Assembly (NCBI GenBank): GCA_030151635.1
Contig: JASLDF010000129.1
Coordinates: 3,992 to 67,991, forward strand
Direction: 5' to 3'
DNA length: 64,000 nucleotides
DNA from: Bacteroides sp.
GTDB lineage: Bacteria; Bacteroidota; Bacteroidia; Bacteroidales; Bacteroidaceae
This document shows positions 29,124 through 39,688 of the stretch, piece after piece. A program made the translations under genes and the position numbers. Under the pieces are notes generated by a model, which was not told where the DNA came from, did no database searches, and saw only the letters and a list, made by a program, of their open reading frames with translations. The first letter of the stretch is position 1, and every line of letters starts with the position of its first letter.

Positions 29124-29642
29124 TTACCAATTTGCTACAGTTGCATTAAAGACTTGTTCTACAATATCCTTTACCATTTCGGATATTAACTGATCTTGAA
29201 CTTGAGTCAACATTTGCGATGAATCATAGTTTCTAAAAGCTGAGAATTGCTGCTCAAAATCCTCTTCGTGATTTGTGTTGTTTACAAACCGCACATTTAC
29301 AGTAATCGTTAACTTAGTTTCTGAAGAATAACCATCAGATTTTACAGCTTGGTTATATTGATTATACCCTGTTATTTCTCCTGCAATTTCCAAATCAGCA
29401 TCATGCTTAACCATTTTCAAACGAGTTTGACGAATGAAAATATCCTTCAACTCTTCATTGAATCTTGTACCCAATGGTGCATATACATAGGCCGATTTTA
29501 TTGGAAAATCTGCAATGGAAATCGTCTTCGTTTTATCATAATTGATAGACGAACCATTAAATTTATATGAAATACTGCATGCAACTAACAATGAGCAAAA
29601 AGCCCCAAGCATAAACAGTTGTTTATATTTATTCCAAATCAT
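29124..29642 (-). CDS. lptE: LPS assembly lipoprotein LptE family
   Basis: Lipobox LLVAC, SISYKFNG, GEITGY, LTITVNVRF, terminal FNATVANW. Confidence 0.82.
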   Translation of the reverse strand: MIWNKYKQLFMLGAFCSLLVACSISYKFNGSSINYDKTKTISIADFPIKSAYVYAPLGTRFNEELKDIFIRQTRLKMVKHDADLEIAGEITGYNQYNQAVKSDGYSSETKLTITVNVRFVNNTNHEEDFEQQFSAFRNYDSSQMLTQVQDQLISEMVKDIVEQVFNATVANW

Positions 29643-30843
29643 ATTCTTTTATTTTACGATATAATGTTCTTTCAGATATATTTAAATCTTTAGCCGCATA
29701 TTTTCTTTTACCATTGTGTCGCTGAAGAGCTTTTTTAATCATTTCTTTTTCTACCTCTTCTAAAGATAAATTCTCATCTAACACTGAACTATCCTGATTC
29801 TCGCCTTCATAGTTTTCGTGAGCATAACCATTATCAGAAGAGTGTAAGGGATATGTTGTACTTGGTAAACTCTTAGGAATTGAAAAATTTGAATTCATCA
29901 AGTCACTGCGATCGGTCATTAAGAGGTGTACAATCTTCTTTAAATCTTCAATATCCTTCTTCATCTCATAAATTGTGTGATAAAGAATCTCTTTCTCACT
30001 TCCGAACCCCTTGAAACTATTATTTCCCAAATAGGCAGGAAGTGATGTTTGGATTTTTTCTGGCAAGTAACGATTTACAATATCTAGATTGATATCTCTA
30101 CTTGATTCTATGATAGATATCTGCTCCGTTATATTTTTAAGTTGACGAACATTACCCGGCCAGCCATAAGCCATCAAAGCTCGTTTGGCATCATCAGATA
30201 ACTGAACGACAGGAATCCTATATTTTTCTGAAAAATCGGACGCAAATTTACGAAATAACAATATTATATCTTCTCCTCGTTCACGTAATGGAGGAATTTG
30301 AATAGGAACCGTATTTAATCGATAAAACAAGTCCTCTCTGAATTTACCTTCAGCAATTGCTTGAGTTAAATTCACATTCGTAGCAGCAACAATACGAACA
30401 TCTGTTTTTTCAACACTTGAAGAACCTACCTTTATAAATTCTCCAGTCTCTAACACACGTAAAAGTCGAGCTTGAGTTTGCAATGGCAACTCTCCTACTT
30501 CATCAAGAAAGATTGTTCCTTTATCAGCTTCTCCAAAATAACCTTTACGTTCAGAAATAGCTCCAGTAAACGCACCTTTTTCATGACCAAATAACTCCGA
30601 GTCAATTGTACCTTCTGGAATAGCCCCACAGTTAACAGCGATATATTTCGCATGTTTACGATGGCTATACTGATGAATTATTTGAGGAAAGCTCTCTTTA
30701 CCTACCCCACTTTCACCAGTAATTAATACAGACAAATCTGTAGGAGCAACTTGAATGGCAACATCAATTGCCCTAAGCAGCTCTTCAGAATGTCCAATTA
30801 TTCCAAAACGTAATTTAGCTCTTTGTACTTCAGTACTAGCCAT
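29629..30843 (-). CDS. Sigma-54-dependent enhancer-binding protein (AAA+ plus Fis HTH) lacking an N-terminal regulatory domain
   Basis: GESGVGKE, SELFGHEKGAFTGA, FLDEVGE, WPGNVRQL, ISERTLYRKI. Confidence 0.95.
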   Translation of the reverse strand: MASTEVQRAKLRFGIIGHSEELLRAIDVAIQVAPTDLSVLITGESGVGKESFPQIIHQYSHRKHAKYIAVNCGAIPEGTIDSELFGHEKGAFTGAISERKGYFGEADKGTIFLDEVGELPLQTQARLLRVLETGEFIKVGSSSVEKTDVRIVAATNVNLTQAIAEGKFREDLFYRLNTVPIQIPPLRERGEDIILLFRKFASDFSEKYRIPVVQLSDDAKRALMAYGWPGNVRQLKNITEQISIIESSRDINLDIVNRYLPEKIQTSLPAYLGNNSFKGFGSEKEILYHTIYEMKKDIEDLKKIVHLLMTDRSDLMNSNFSIPKSLPSTTYPLHSSDNGYAHENYEGENQDSSVLDENLSLEEVEKEMIKKALQRHNGKRKYAAKDLNISERTLYRKIKEYDLE

Positions 30844-30866
30844 AAGCATCTTATCCTTTCAACTAA

Positions 30867-31979
30867 TTAATAATCATGTCCTGATAATTCAGCATTCTCC
30901 GATTGAAGATCTAATTTATCACTATCATCATTACGATTAAAGTATTGTTTACGTAACGGATTTGCATGAATTTCTTCTTCCGATATTCTAAAGCGATAGA
31001 TGTCTAGCGCAGCATAAATTGCTTGACGGAAAGACGATTCATCAGCCAACCCTTTTCCTGCAATATCATAAGCTGTTCCATGAGCTGGAGAAGTGCGAAC
31101 AACCGGCAAACCAGCTGTATAGTTTACGCCATCTTCCATAGCTAATATTTTAAAAGCAATTAATCCCTGATCATGATACATTGCTAAAACACCATCAAAT
31201 TTCTTAAAAGTATTAGCACCAAAGAAGCCATCAGATGCAAAAGGTCCAAAGCATAAGACTCCCTCTTCGCACATATCTTTAATTGCTGGTGCAATCACCT
31301 CTTGCTCCTCAGCTCCTAGCAGACCATTATCACCTGCATGTGGATTCAATCCTAACACAGCTATCTGAGGACGGCTTATGCCAAAATCTTCTTTTAAAGT
31401 AGTGTTAAAGATAGCTATCTTTTCTTTTATCAAATCAGCAGTCAATGTAGTAGGAACATCTCGCAACGGAATATGTCCAGTAACTACAGCTATTCTGAAA
31501 TCATCTTTCATCAATAGCATCAAAGATTTTTGACCCTCACCAAGTTTATCTTCCAAATATTCAGTATGACCTGGAAAATTAAAATCTTCTGATTGAATTG
31601 TATGTTTATTAATGGGTGCAGTTATAATGATATCAATCAAGCCATCTTTATAATCCTGAATAGCTCTTTCTAAAGATTCAAGGGCAGCTTTACCTGTCGC
31701 TACATCTTCTTTACCAAATTCAACCCTTACTTCGTCTGAAGTGCAAGCCAAGATACTTAGCTTATCATCTTCAGCTTCATCTGCTGAATTTATGATACTA
31801 AAATTGGTAGAAATATCCATAGATTTTCGATGGTATGCTGCCACTTTAGGAGAACCATACACTATTGGGGTACAGTATTCAAACATTCCGGCAGGCTCAA
31901 AAGCTTTAAGTATTACTTCATAGCCTACACCATTTACATCGCCTTGGGTAATTCCAATTCTTATTTTATTGTTTTTCAT
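30867..31979 (-). CDS. pdxA: 4-hydroxythreonine-4-phosphate dehydrogenase family
   Basis: GD.NGVG.E, TAPINK, GHTE, NPHAG, MYHDQG, RTSPAHGTAYDIAG. Confidence 0.93.
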   Translation of the reverse strand: MKNNKIRIGITQGDVNGVGYEVILKAFEPAGMFEYCTPIVYGSPKVAAYHRKSMDISTNFSIINSADEAEDDKLSILACTSDEVRVEFGKEDVATGKAALESLERAIQDYKDGLIDIIITAPINKHTIQSEDFNFPGHTEYLEDKLGEGQKSLMLLMKDDFRIAVVTGHIPLRDVPTTLTADLIKEKIAIFNTTLKEDFGISRPQIAVLGLNPHAGDNGLLGAEEQEVIAPAIKDMCEEGVLCFGPFASDGFFGANTFKKFDGVLAMYHDQGLIAFKILAMEDGVNYTAGLPVVRTSPAHGTAYDIAGKGLADESSFRQAIYAALDIYRFRISEEEIHANPLRKQYFNRNDDSDKLDLQSENAELSGHDY

Positions 31980-31997
31980 TGATTTCAAAATTTTGAG

Positions 31998-33011
31998 TTA
32001 ATTCTCACTCGGCACTTTAGAAGCTGGAAGCTTCACTGTATATAAAGACGCTTCTATAGAGCGCATAAGGTTACGTTTTAGTTTTGAAGGAGCGTATACA
32101 AAGACTTCAGAAAATATCAAACGATTATTGACTTCGTCAAGACGCATATGAGAAACAAAAGGTCCACCCATAAAATCGTTCTCAATCTTCCATAATCCTC
32201 TAGCTTCCAACGCATAGGTGCCTTGAAGATTAATATCTTTAACTTCCGTAAAGTCCCAATCTGTAGTCATGTACATATTTTCTTTTTCCCCTGGTACATT
32301 GATAGCTAAAACAGAATCTCTCTTATGCAAAAAAAACTCTCTAGTGAAACTGTTTTTATCTGTATAAGGTAAAGAATACATTATGAAGTATCTATCCACA
32401 TCTGCTGCATTAGACCCCAACATATAGAAGTCTTGTCCATCTTTGGTTAAAGATAAATCTGCCGGTAATTTAACTTCACAATTAAACTTCTCTTTGATCT
32501 TAGCCATAGCTAAATCACTAAAGTTTTTATCTAGTATTGCTATTTGACGCATCATTTCAGCATCTGTAAAATACTTCACAATATATGAGGCACTTTCTTG
32601 AATAAGTACTGCAGCAGAGTCAATATCTGGGCTATTTATCGTTAAAATATTCTGAGGGTACGAATAAACATCCTTATCGATTAGTATGCTTGCTTTCGTA
32701 TAATATTGTTTATCAATATTAACAATCACAATATTTCGTATTGGCTTTAAAATGCCATCAAAACTATAATGTTCTGTTTTCATCAACTTAAAAGCACTTT
32801 CACTTTGAGGTAGACCTGGTACATCAGAAGTCAAAACTTTAATAAGCTCATTGCCAGCTTTAGAGTTTTGCACATTAGCATCCATCACAATTAACAATTC
32901 ATATGGTAAGGCTGATGATGTAGGGGTCAGAACACCTTTTCCTTTATTGCTACATCCTGTAAAAGACACAAGAAGAACAACAAGTAAACAGTTGAATAAT
33001 GAAGTTTTCAT
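31998..33011 (-). CDS. DUF4837-family lipoprotein
   Basis: Start at MKTSLF with lipobox SFTGC; PGLPQSE, ARGLW, MGGPFVSH motifs. Confidence 0.8.
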   Translation of the reverse strand: MKTSLFNCLLVVLLVSFTGCSNKGKGVLTPTSSALPYELLIVMDANVQNSKAGNELIKVLTSDVPGLPQSESAFKLMKTEHYSFDGILKPIRNIVIVNIDKQYYTKASILIDKDVYSYPQNILTINSPDIDSAAVLIQESASYIVKYFTDAEMMRQIAILDKNFSDLAMAKIKEKFNCEVKLPADLSLTKDGQDFYMLGSNAADVDRYFIMYSLPYTDKNSFTREFFLHKRDSVLAINVPGEKENMYMTTDWDFTEVKDINLQGTYALEARGLWKIENDFMGGPFVSHMRLDEVNNRLIFSEVFVYAPSKLKRNLMRSIEASLYTVKLPASKVPSEN

Positions 33012-33021
33012 ATCTAATATT

Positions 33022-34041
33022 TTAAGATTTTTCCATAGTTGATAACATGCCACAGGCTGCAAATATGTCTTCACCACGAGAGGAGCGAATTGTTGTAAAT
33101 AACCCATTTTTAGTTAGGTAATCACGGAATCGTTCCATTGTAGGCATATCGCATCCTTCAAGCTTCACATTAGGAATAGCGTGAAAGCGAATTAAGTTAA
33201 CACGACAGTCAACGCCATCTAATAACTTGACTAACTTAGAAGCAAATTCAAATGAATCATTTACTCCTTTAAACATTATATACTCAAAAGATAGTCTTCT
33301 TTGACCAGAGAAGTCATAATCACGTAATATTTCAACCATTTCTTCAATAGAGAAGGCTTTTTCAGCAGGCATCAATTCTAAACGCTGACTAGGAACTGGT
33401 GTATGTATGCTAATTGCCAAATGACAGTCACTCTCATCAATAAACCTTTTGAAACCTTTGCGTACTCCAACAGTAGAGACTGTAATGCGCTTAGGGCTCC
33501 ATTTATAGCCATAATCTGATGTTAATATTTCAAGAACTTTTAAAACCTCATCAAGATTATCCATTGGCTCTCCCATCCCCATAAACACAACATTCGTTAG
33601 TTTATCAGATTCAGGTATAGATTGTATTTGGTTTAAAATTTCATTGGCAGTTAGCTGAGCAGAAAAACCCTGCTTTCCTGTCATACAAAACTTACAATTC
33701 ATTTTACATCCAACTTGAGATGACACACATAAAGTTGCACGATCATTATCAGGGATAAATACCGATTCTATTGCATAAGCTTCATGAGTTGGAAACAGGT
33801 ATTTAATTGTCCCATCTACAGATTTAGCCATGTGAGATGGTCCATATGCACCAAGATGATATGATTCCTGTAAAAGTTCTCTATTCTTTACGGAAATATT
33901 AGTCATTTCATCAATTGAAGTAACTCTCTTTTCATAAATCCAAGATGCAATTTGCTTAGCTGTAAACTTGGGCATTTTCAAATCCGAAACAACTTGTTGT
34001 AGTTCGGTTAGTGTCATGCCTAATAATGGCTTTTTATCCAT
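33022..34041 (-). CDS. rlmN: 23S rRNA A2503 C2-methyltransferase (radical SAM)
   Basis: CVSSQVGCKMNCKFCMTG, FMGMGEP, DIFAACG; start at MDKKPLL. Confidence 0.97.
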   Translation of the reverse strand: MDKKPLLGMTLTELQQVVSDLKMPKFTAKQIASWIYEKRVTSIDEMTNISVKNRELLQESYHLGAYGPSHMAKSVDGTIKYLFPTHEAYAIESVFIPDNDRATLCVSSQVGCKMNCKFCMTGKQGFSAQLTANEILNQIQSIPESDKLTNVVFMGMGEPMDNLDEVLKVLEILTSDYGYKWSPKRITVSTVGVRKGFKRFIDESDCHLAISIHTPVPSQRLELMPAEKAFSIEEMVEILRDYDFSGQRRLSFEYIMFKGVNDSFEFASKLVKLLDGVDCRVNLIRFHAIPNVKLEGCDMPTMERFRDYLTKNGLFTTIRSSRGEDIFAACGMLSTMEKS

Positions 34042-34082
34042 ATAAAATGTCTTGTAAAATCGATATAACGTTATAATCCACA

Positions 34083-34090
34083 CAAATGTA
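34083..34090 (-). promoter_or_regulatory. -7 promoter element for rlmN
   Basis: TACATTTG on the minus strand downstream of the ppiD-like terminator. Confidence 0.55.
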
Positions 34091-34133
34091 ATGAATTTAT
34101 AAAGATTCCCCTTATACTGATTCTTAATATAGC

Positions 34134-34168
34134 AAAAAAAGGTCAACCTATAAATAAGTTGACCTTTT
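34134..34168 (-). terminator. Intrinsic terminator after the SurA/PpiD-like gene
   Basis: AAAAAAAGGTCAAC...GTTGACCTTTT. Confidence 0.75.
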
Positions 34169-34189
34169 AAAAATATTGGTTTTGTTTAG

Positions 34190-36319
34190 CTAGAAGAACT
34201 TGTATCTAACATCTACAATTTTTGCATTTTCTACAAGCGTTTGTGGAAGAGCTCTATTTACAATAAAGTTATATCCACGTTCGATTGATTGGGTTTCTTT
34301 AGCTAAGTCAAAAGTTTCTGCAGTATTACTTTTTTCATCAACAGATAACATATAAACACCAAAGTCTCCTTTAAGAGGTTTACTTAATACATTAGCTTGG
34401 GCACCTGCAGCAAAACCACTAACAACTTTTTCCTTTTCACCTACAATTGTTATAAAGGCTGGCTCACTAAATGTTACATATTTCACATCAGCGACTTGAG
34501 CATTATCAATTGATTTAGCTTCATCAATAGATTTCACAGTAGCTAATTGAGTGCTAACCAATTCTGCCTTCTTGTCAATAATAACTCTGTTACGAAGCAT
34601 ATCTTTCACTAAGTGAAGAGGTCTATATCCTTCTTTCACAACTTCTGTAAGGCTCACCACTAACAAATGATTATTATTAGAACCACATTCGTAAATATTC
34701 GATACCTGTCCAGCTTTAGCATCAAACACCCATCTTAAGGCATCTTTTGTAGATGAAATACCTGCAATACCATGACTTTGAGTATCAATTTCTCTTTCAA
34801 GAACTTGGTAACCTGCATTTTCAGCATTTTCGGTCATCAAGTCCATAGTAGGATTCTCTGCTACAAATTGGCTAAATGCATTATAGGCTACGTTTGCAGT
34901 TTCTTGACTAAATTCGATTGGACGTTTAACAACTGCAAGTTTGTGTTTTAATACATTATCTTTAGAAGATAAACATTGAACAATAAGCTTACCACCTTGT
35001 ACATCAATAGCTTTTACTTCAAAATTCTTCATAGAAGCTAAGGTGTTATAAATTACAAATTCTAATTGATTAGAAATGGTTTGCTCAGTTAGGGTTTGTT
35101 TTTCATCGGATTGACCTTCTGAAGTTGCTATTTCTGCAAAATCTCCACCTTTAGAAAGGGCATTGACAATACTATCAGTTTTAGTAACCATAGCTTCTGG
35201 AGCTAAACCTGCAACTTGAAGTACTCTAAATTCATATGAGTTTGGAAGAGTTTTAGTATCTACAACTTTAAATGCATTAATAGTACCTTCGATAGAGTTA
35301 GTAATCGGACCAAAAACTTCACCTACTTGAACCTTGCTATCTTTGATATGAGCAACAATATCTTGTGGATATGCATCAAGACTTAGGAAAGTATCTAAAT
35401 AAGGAATGTTAGAGTTGGAAATACTTACAATTGAAGCATAATCAGCTGTATTAGATTTCAACATTTCAACATACTCAGCAATTTCACTTTCAAGACTATC
35501 TACGTCTGCTTTACTAGGTGTAATTTCTACATCAATGAATTTTACACGTCTAGTTTCTTCTTTTTGAACAAACATTTCTTTGTTCGCATCGTATTCTTTA
35601 CGTAAATCCTCTTCTGTAACATCAGAAGTATTAATACTTGAATATGGGAAAACCGCAGCAATTAAATTCGAATTAGAAACACGACCATTGAAAGCATCTT
35701 CTGCTTCAATCTTATTAGTAATCATAGCTGAAGACACTAGGGTAGTGTACTTATTAGCTAAAAGGTTTTGGATGATATTTTTCTCAGCAAAAACCCAGAT
35801 AGAATGCATCATTCTAGCTTGATTCATTACATTAGGATCAAGACCTGGAGTTGAAGCCATAACAGCATATTGGTTAAGGAAGTCATAAAGTCTTTCCTTA
35901 TCAAATCTACCTGTTTGTTCATTAACAAACATACCAAGCATACCCAAGATAGGATCATTACCCTCATCTAAAACAGATGCAACTTCTTCAGGAGTAACAG
36001 TAAGACCCACTTTACGTGCTTGTTCTTCCAATAGAACATTGTCTAAATAAGTATTCCAAACATTGTCTTTTATCTGATTCATTTGCTCATCAGAAAGAGA
36101 AGAAGTACGACCTAACATTTTCTGAATTTCTGAAAACTCATCAACCATTTTCTGGTATTCAGCAATTGATAATGAATTGCCATTAACTTCACCTACATCA
36201 TGAGGTTGTCGAGGTTGGAATACTTTAAAAGCATCACCTGCTACAAACGCAAACAATGCTAAAGCGATCACACCAACCAATAAAGGTCCTTTTGATCTAA
36301 TTTTTTGTAGTGTTGCCAT
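34190..36319 (-). CDS. SurA N-terminal domain / PpiD-like periplasmic chaperone
   Basis: MATLQKIRSKG + TM (LALFAFVAGD), VGEVNG, rotamase-like GGDFAEIA, terminal IVDVRYKFF. Confidence 0.88.
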   Translation of the reverse strand: MATLQKIRSKGPLLVGVIALALFAFVAGDAFKVFQPRQPHDVGEVNGNSLSIAEYQKMVDEFSEIQKMLGRTSSLSDEQMNQIKDNVWNTYLDNVLLEEQARKVGLTVTPEEVASVLDEGNDPILGMLGMFVNEQTGRFDKERLYDFLNQYAVMASTPGLDPNVMNQARMMHSIWVFAEKNIIQNLLANKYTTLVSSAMITNKIEAEDAFNGRVSNSNLIAAVFPYSSINTSDVTEEDLRKEYDANKEMFVQKEETRRVKFIDVEITPSKADVDSLESEIAEYVEMLKSNTADYASIVSISNSNIPYLDTFLSLDAYPQDIVAHIKDSKVQVGEVFGPITNSIEGTINAFKVVDTKTLPNSYEFRVLQVAGLAPEAMVTKTDSIVNALSKGGDFAEIATSEGQSDEKQTLTEQTISNQLEFVIYNTLASMKNFEVKAIDVQGGKLIVQCLSSKDNVLKHKLAVVKRPIEFSQETANVAYNAFSQFVAENPTMDLMTENAENAGYQVLEREIDTQSHGIAGISSTKDALRWVFDAKAGQVSNIYECGSNNNHLLVVSLTEVVKEGYRPLHLVKDMLRNRVIIDKKAELVSTQLATVKSIDEAKSIDNAQVADVKYVTFSEPAFITIVGEKEKVVSGFAAGAQANVLSKPLKGDFGVYMLSVDEKSNTAETFDLAKETQSIERGYNFIVNRALPQTLVENAKIVDVRYKFF

Positions 36320-36427
36320 TTTATTTATATAATTTTTATTTTTATTTAGTCTTTCTAGTAAGCCCACGAAGATACAAAAAAGCAAACATGTATCATTATA
36401 TTCGTTAAAAATATTTCAGGAAAGGGT

Positions 36428-37684
36428 CTATTCTATTATATTTAAACGTACTAAGTCTATTTTATTAGTACTAACTTTTAATATTTTGAATTGATAATTT
36501 TCGATTGAAATTACCTCATGTAATTTAGGTAAACTTTGCAATTGATGAAGAATCAATCCACTAATTGTAATATAATCATCAGACTCTGGAAGATCTAAGT
36601 CATAAAGTTCATTTACTTTTTCAATTTCCAAACGTGCTGATAATACAAACTCCGAATCACTTATTTTTTTAGAAACATAAGAGGCCATATCATGTTCGTC
36701 CTCAATATCTCCAAAAATTTCTTCTACTAAATCCTCCAATGATACGATTCCTGAAATACCTCCAAATTCATCAACTACAATAGCAATTGTTTTCTTCAAA
36801 GTCATAAACAGTTTCATTAACTTATGTGCCGCCATTGTATCCGGTACAATTGGAATTTCTTGAATTCTTGATTGCCACTCTCCTTCAGCTTTAAACATTT
36901 CTGATGAATGAATGTAACCTACTACATGATCAATACTGCCTTTATAAATTATAATTTTTGAAAGTCCTGTTTCAATAAACGTATTCATTAGTTCATCACG
37001 AGTAGAATTATAATCCAGAGCTACAATTTCAGTACGAGGAACAATACAATCTCGAATTTTCACAGTAGAAAAATCCAAAGCATTTTGAAATATTTGGACT
37101 TCGTTTTCTATTTCATCCTTACTTTCAATATGCTCAATACCCGATTGGATAAAATAATCTAAATCCACTTTTGTAAAAGCCTTTGTTTCAACCTCTTTAT
37201 TCACTTTAACCCCAAATAGTCGAAGTAAAACAGCAGATACTGATGAAGCAAAAACAGAGATTGGGTATAAGATAACATAGCAAAACAATAATGGAACAGC
37301 AAAAAACTTCAATGCCCCATTTGGATTTAATTTAAACAAATTTTTAGGTAGAAATTCTCCTATGAAAAGAATGACAAGGGTAGATAAAACTGTTTGAACA
37401 AGCATCTTCACAAATTGATTAGACACAATTGCATCTAAAAACAACTTATCTAACGCTACTGCCATCAAAATACCATAAATAACTAAAGCAATATTATTAC
37501 CAACTAACATTGTTGATATAAAGTTATTGGGACGTCTAAAGAAAACAGACAATATCTTTGAAGATACGCCCTTGCCTTTCTCCATCTCAAATCTCAACTT
37601 ATCAACAGAAACAAATGCAATCTCCATTCCTGAGAAGAATGCAGAAAATGCCATCGTTAGAAGTAGTAGTAAAAAATATTGCAT
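36428..37684 (-). CDS. HlyC/CorC (CNNM + CBS + CorC) family protein
   Basis: SAFFSGMEIAF, GEFLPK, VVDEFGG..GIVSLEDLVEEIFGDIEDEHD. Confidence 0.93.
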   Translation of the reverse strand: MQYFLLLLLTMAFSAFFSGMEIAFVSVDKLRFEMEKGKGVSSKILSVFFRRPNNFISTMLVGNNIALVIYGILMAVALDKLFLDAIVSNQFVKMLVQTVLSTLVILFIGEFLPKNLFKLNPNGALKFFAVPLLFCYVILYPISVFASSVSAVLLRLFGVKVNKEVETKAFTKVDLDYFIQSGIEHIESKDEIENEVQIFQNALDFSTVKIRDCIVPRTEIVALDYNSTRDELMNTFIETGLSKIIIYKGSIDHVVGYIHSSEMFKAEGEWQSRIQEIPIVPDTMAAHKLMKLFMTLKKTIAIVVDEFGGISGIVSLEDLVEEIFGDIEDEHDMASYVSKKISDSEFVLSARLEIEKVNELYDLDLPESDDYITISGLILHQLQSLPKLHEVISIENYQFKILKVSTNKIDLVRLNIIE

Positions 37685-37693
37685 TATTTAGGT

Positions 37694-38314
37694 TTATTTA
37701 TCGGTATCATCAAGGTAGATAATCCCCGATGTTTTGCGTATATCGTAGTTTTCAAACTTTTGGTCAGATTCAAAACCATAACCAGATAAAAGTTGATCAC
37801 CTTTTTTTATTGTTATAAATTCGTCTGAATAAACTTTTTCAGTTACTTGATTCCAGAAGAGAATTGAAGTAGTAAAGCGTTCGCCTTTCGCGTTTTCAAT
37901 TTTGACATTACTACGCAACTCCCACAACTTATCTTTATCAAAATAATAAGCTGTGTCTGCATCAATATAAGCATCTACATTTAATAGACTATCAAACCGC
38001 TCTAAGTGAATTCCTTTTTCGAATGACCAAAAAGACGGTTTTTTCTTATCATATATTTCCCACTCTCCAGCAGTCATTTTATAACGAATCATACCCGAGT
38101 CTGAAACTAGCGTCTCGACACCCAATGATTTCATTCTAGGTAAATCAACTCTGTCAATCTGGTCAACTTCTACTTCAACTTTCACTTTATTCAACCGAGT
38201 TAAAGCTATAAAAACAAACATAACAATGACCATAATGGCCATTGTTATGAGTGATATTTTAAAATATTTTTTTTGTCCAGCTTTTGAGAGCTTAGAGAAA
38301 GAAAAATTTATCAT
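37694..38314 (-). CDS. lptC: LPS export ABC transporter periplasmic protein LptC
   Basis: N-terminal TM; SDSG, ADTAYY, WELRSNV, LFWNQ, G.GFESDQ jellyroll motifs. Confidence 0.85.
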   Translation of the reverse strand: MINFSFSKLSKAGQKKYFKISLITMAIMVIVMFVFIALTRLNKVKVEVEVDQIDRVDLPRMKSLGVETLVSDSGMIRYKMTAGEWEIYDKKKPSFWSFEKGIHLERFDSLLNVDAYIDADTAYYFDKDKLWELRSNVKIENAKGERFTTSILFWNQVTEKVYSDEFITIKKGDQLLSGYGFESDQKFENYDIRKTSGIIYLDDTDK

Positions 38315-38322
38315 ACAAATTA

Positions 38323-39651
38323 TTATCTAATTGTAGTAGCTTCTCCAATCCAACCACCTATTGTGATTTTATCTCCATTTTTATATCCAAGCATAAACAG
38401 ATCTTGAGCCGATGGAGTATATTTCGAATATGTATTAATTAACTGGTTAGCTTCAGCTGCTACACTTGGATCAACAGAACGAGCCTTAACTAGTTTATCA
38501 ATCACAAGGAAATAAGTACATTTATTCAAGACGTCTTCATCAGACCAGTTTGGATTACTAGCATATGCTCTTGCAATAATAAGGTAAGCATTACCATAAG
38601 ATGCATCAAAACTTAAAGCTTTAAGAGCATAATTTCTAGCTTCACTGTAACGTTTAGAGCCTAACAAAATTGACGCCGAGATATAAGCTTTTTCAGCTTT
38701 TTTAGAATTATCAGTTTCTAAATTTAGCGCCTCATTGAAGAATTTAATAGCCTCGTTAATATCACCTTTTTTATAGGCTCTATAACCTACACCAATAGCA
38801 GCTTCAACTGTCGGTTCAATTTGATATGCGTAAAAAGAAGCTTGTTCATAAACCTCAGCATCTGTACATTTCAAATTTCTCATTACAGTCAATACTTGTT
38901 TCAGGTATTCAGCGTCGTCTTTATTAGTTTCTACTTTATCTGCATAAATATTTTGCAAAGACTCACAGTCTGCAGCACCACTATTAACAAACATTGCCGA
39001 TAGGTTTTCTTTTGTTGTTTCGTAAGCAGCTTTTAAGTTTTTCTTCTTTGCAGCAGAAGCAGCCTCTTCACTTAATTCCGAAACCATTAAATAGTCATTA
39101 ATAAATGATTCTTTAAAGTTATCATCAGCTTGATATTTTTGTAGAGATAAATCTACTGCATAGTGTAATACAGCAGGCAAAGATCTAGATTTTTCACCAT
39201 CAATAGATGTTTTAAGCCAACCATAAGCTTGGTCTAAATCAATTTTTGGTGCATACGAAATGTAATCAATGGCCTTTTTCCCAAGAGCATCAGCTACAGA
39301 TGACACCTTAACACCTTTAGCTAAAAACTTTGGTGTATTTTCAATTCTTTTATCATGCAAATCCATTAGCTCTTCAAAATACTTATTATATTCTTCAGAA
39401 CCCTTCTGAGTCTCTGCTAAGAATGCTGTTAGGATTTTAAACCCATCAGAATAAGTATAGAAACGCAACAATGGACAATTTGCAATAACTTGCTTCCAAG
39501 GTCCGTAAGCATCTTTGTAATTACCAGCTTGAACTGCTTCATGCGAAATACTACTATTGGATAAACATTGTTCGTCTACCTCTTGAGCAGAAACTGTAGT
39601 TGCCCCTCCAATTAACAGTAGCAACACAGCAAATAGTTTAGTAATCTTCAT
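38323..39651 (-). CDS. Periplasmic tetratricopeptide-repeat protein
   Basis: Signal peptide from MKITKL; TPR helices; terminal GGWIGEATTIR. Confidence 0.85.
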   Translation of the reverse strand: MKITKLFAVLLLLIGGATTVSAQEVDEQCLSNSSISHEAVQAGNYKDAYGPWKQVIANCPLLRFYTYSDGFKILTAFLAETQKGSEEYNKYFEELMDLHDKRIENTPKFLAKGVKVSSVADALGKKAIDYISYAPKIDLDQAYGWLKTSIDGEKSRSLPAVLHYAVDLSLQKYQADDNFKESFINDYLMVSELSEEAASAAKKKNLKAAYETTKENLSAMFVNSGAADCESLQNIYADKVETNKDDAEYLKQVLTVMRNLKCTDAEVYEQASFYAYQIEPTVEAAIGVGYRAYKKGDINEAIKFFNEALNLETDNSKKAEKAYISASILLGSKRYSEARNYALKALSFDASYGNAYLIIARAYASNPNWSDEDVLNKCTYFLVIDKLVKARSVDPSVAAEANQLINTYSKYTPSAQDLFMLGYKNGDKITIGGWIGEATTIR

Positions 39652-39688
39652 CTTAGTACAATTATTTATTTTAAGTTTATTCAAGATA

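Noticed and set aside
33012..33107. N-terminal extensions in the ORF track (DUF4837, and likewise rlmN, ppiD-like, TPR, pdxA, lnb, AraC)
   Set aside because: They overlap upstream genes, promoters or terminators; downstream ATGs give proper signal peptides or family N-termini.
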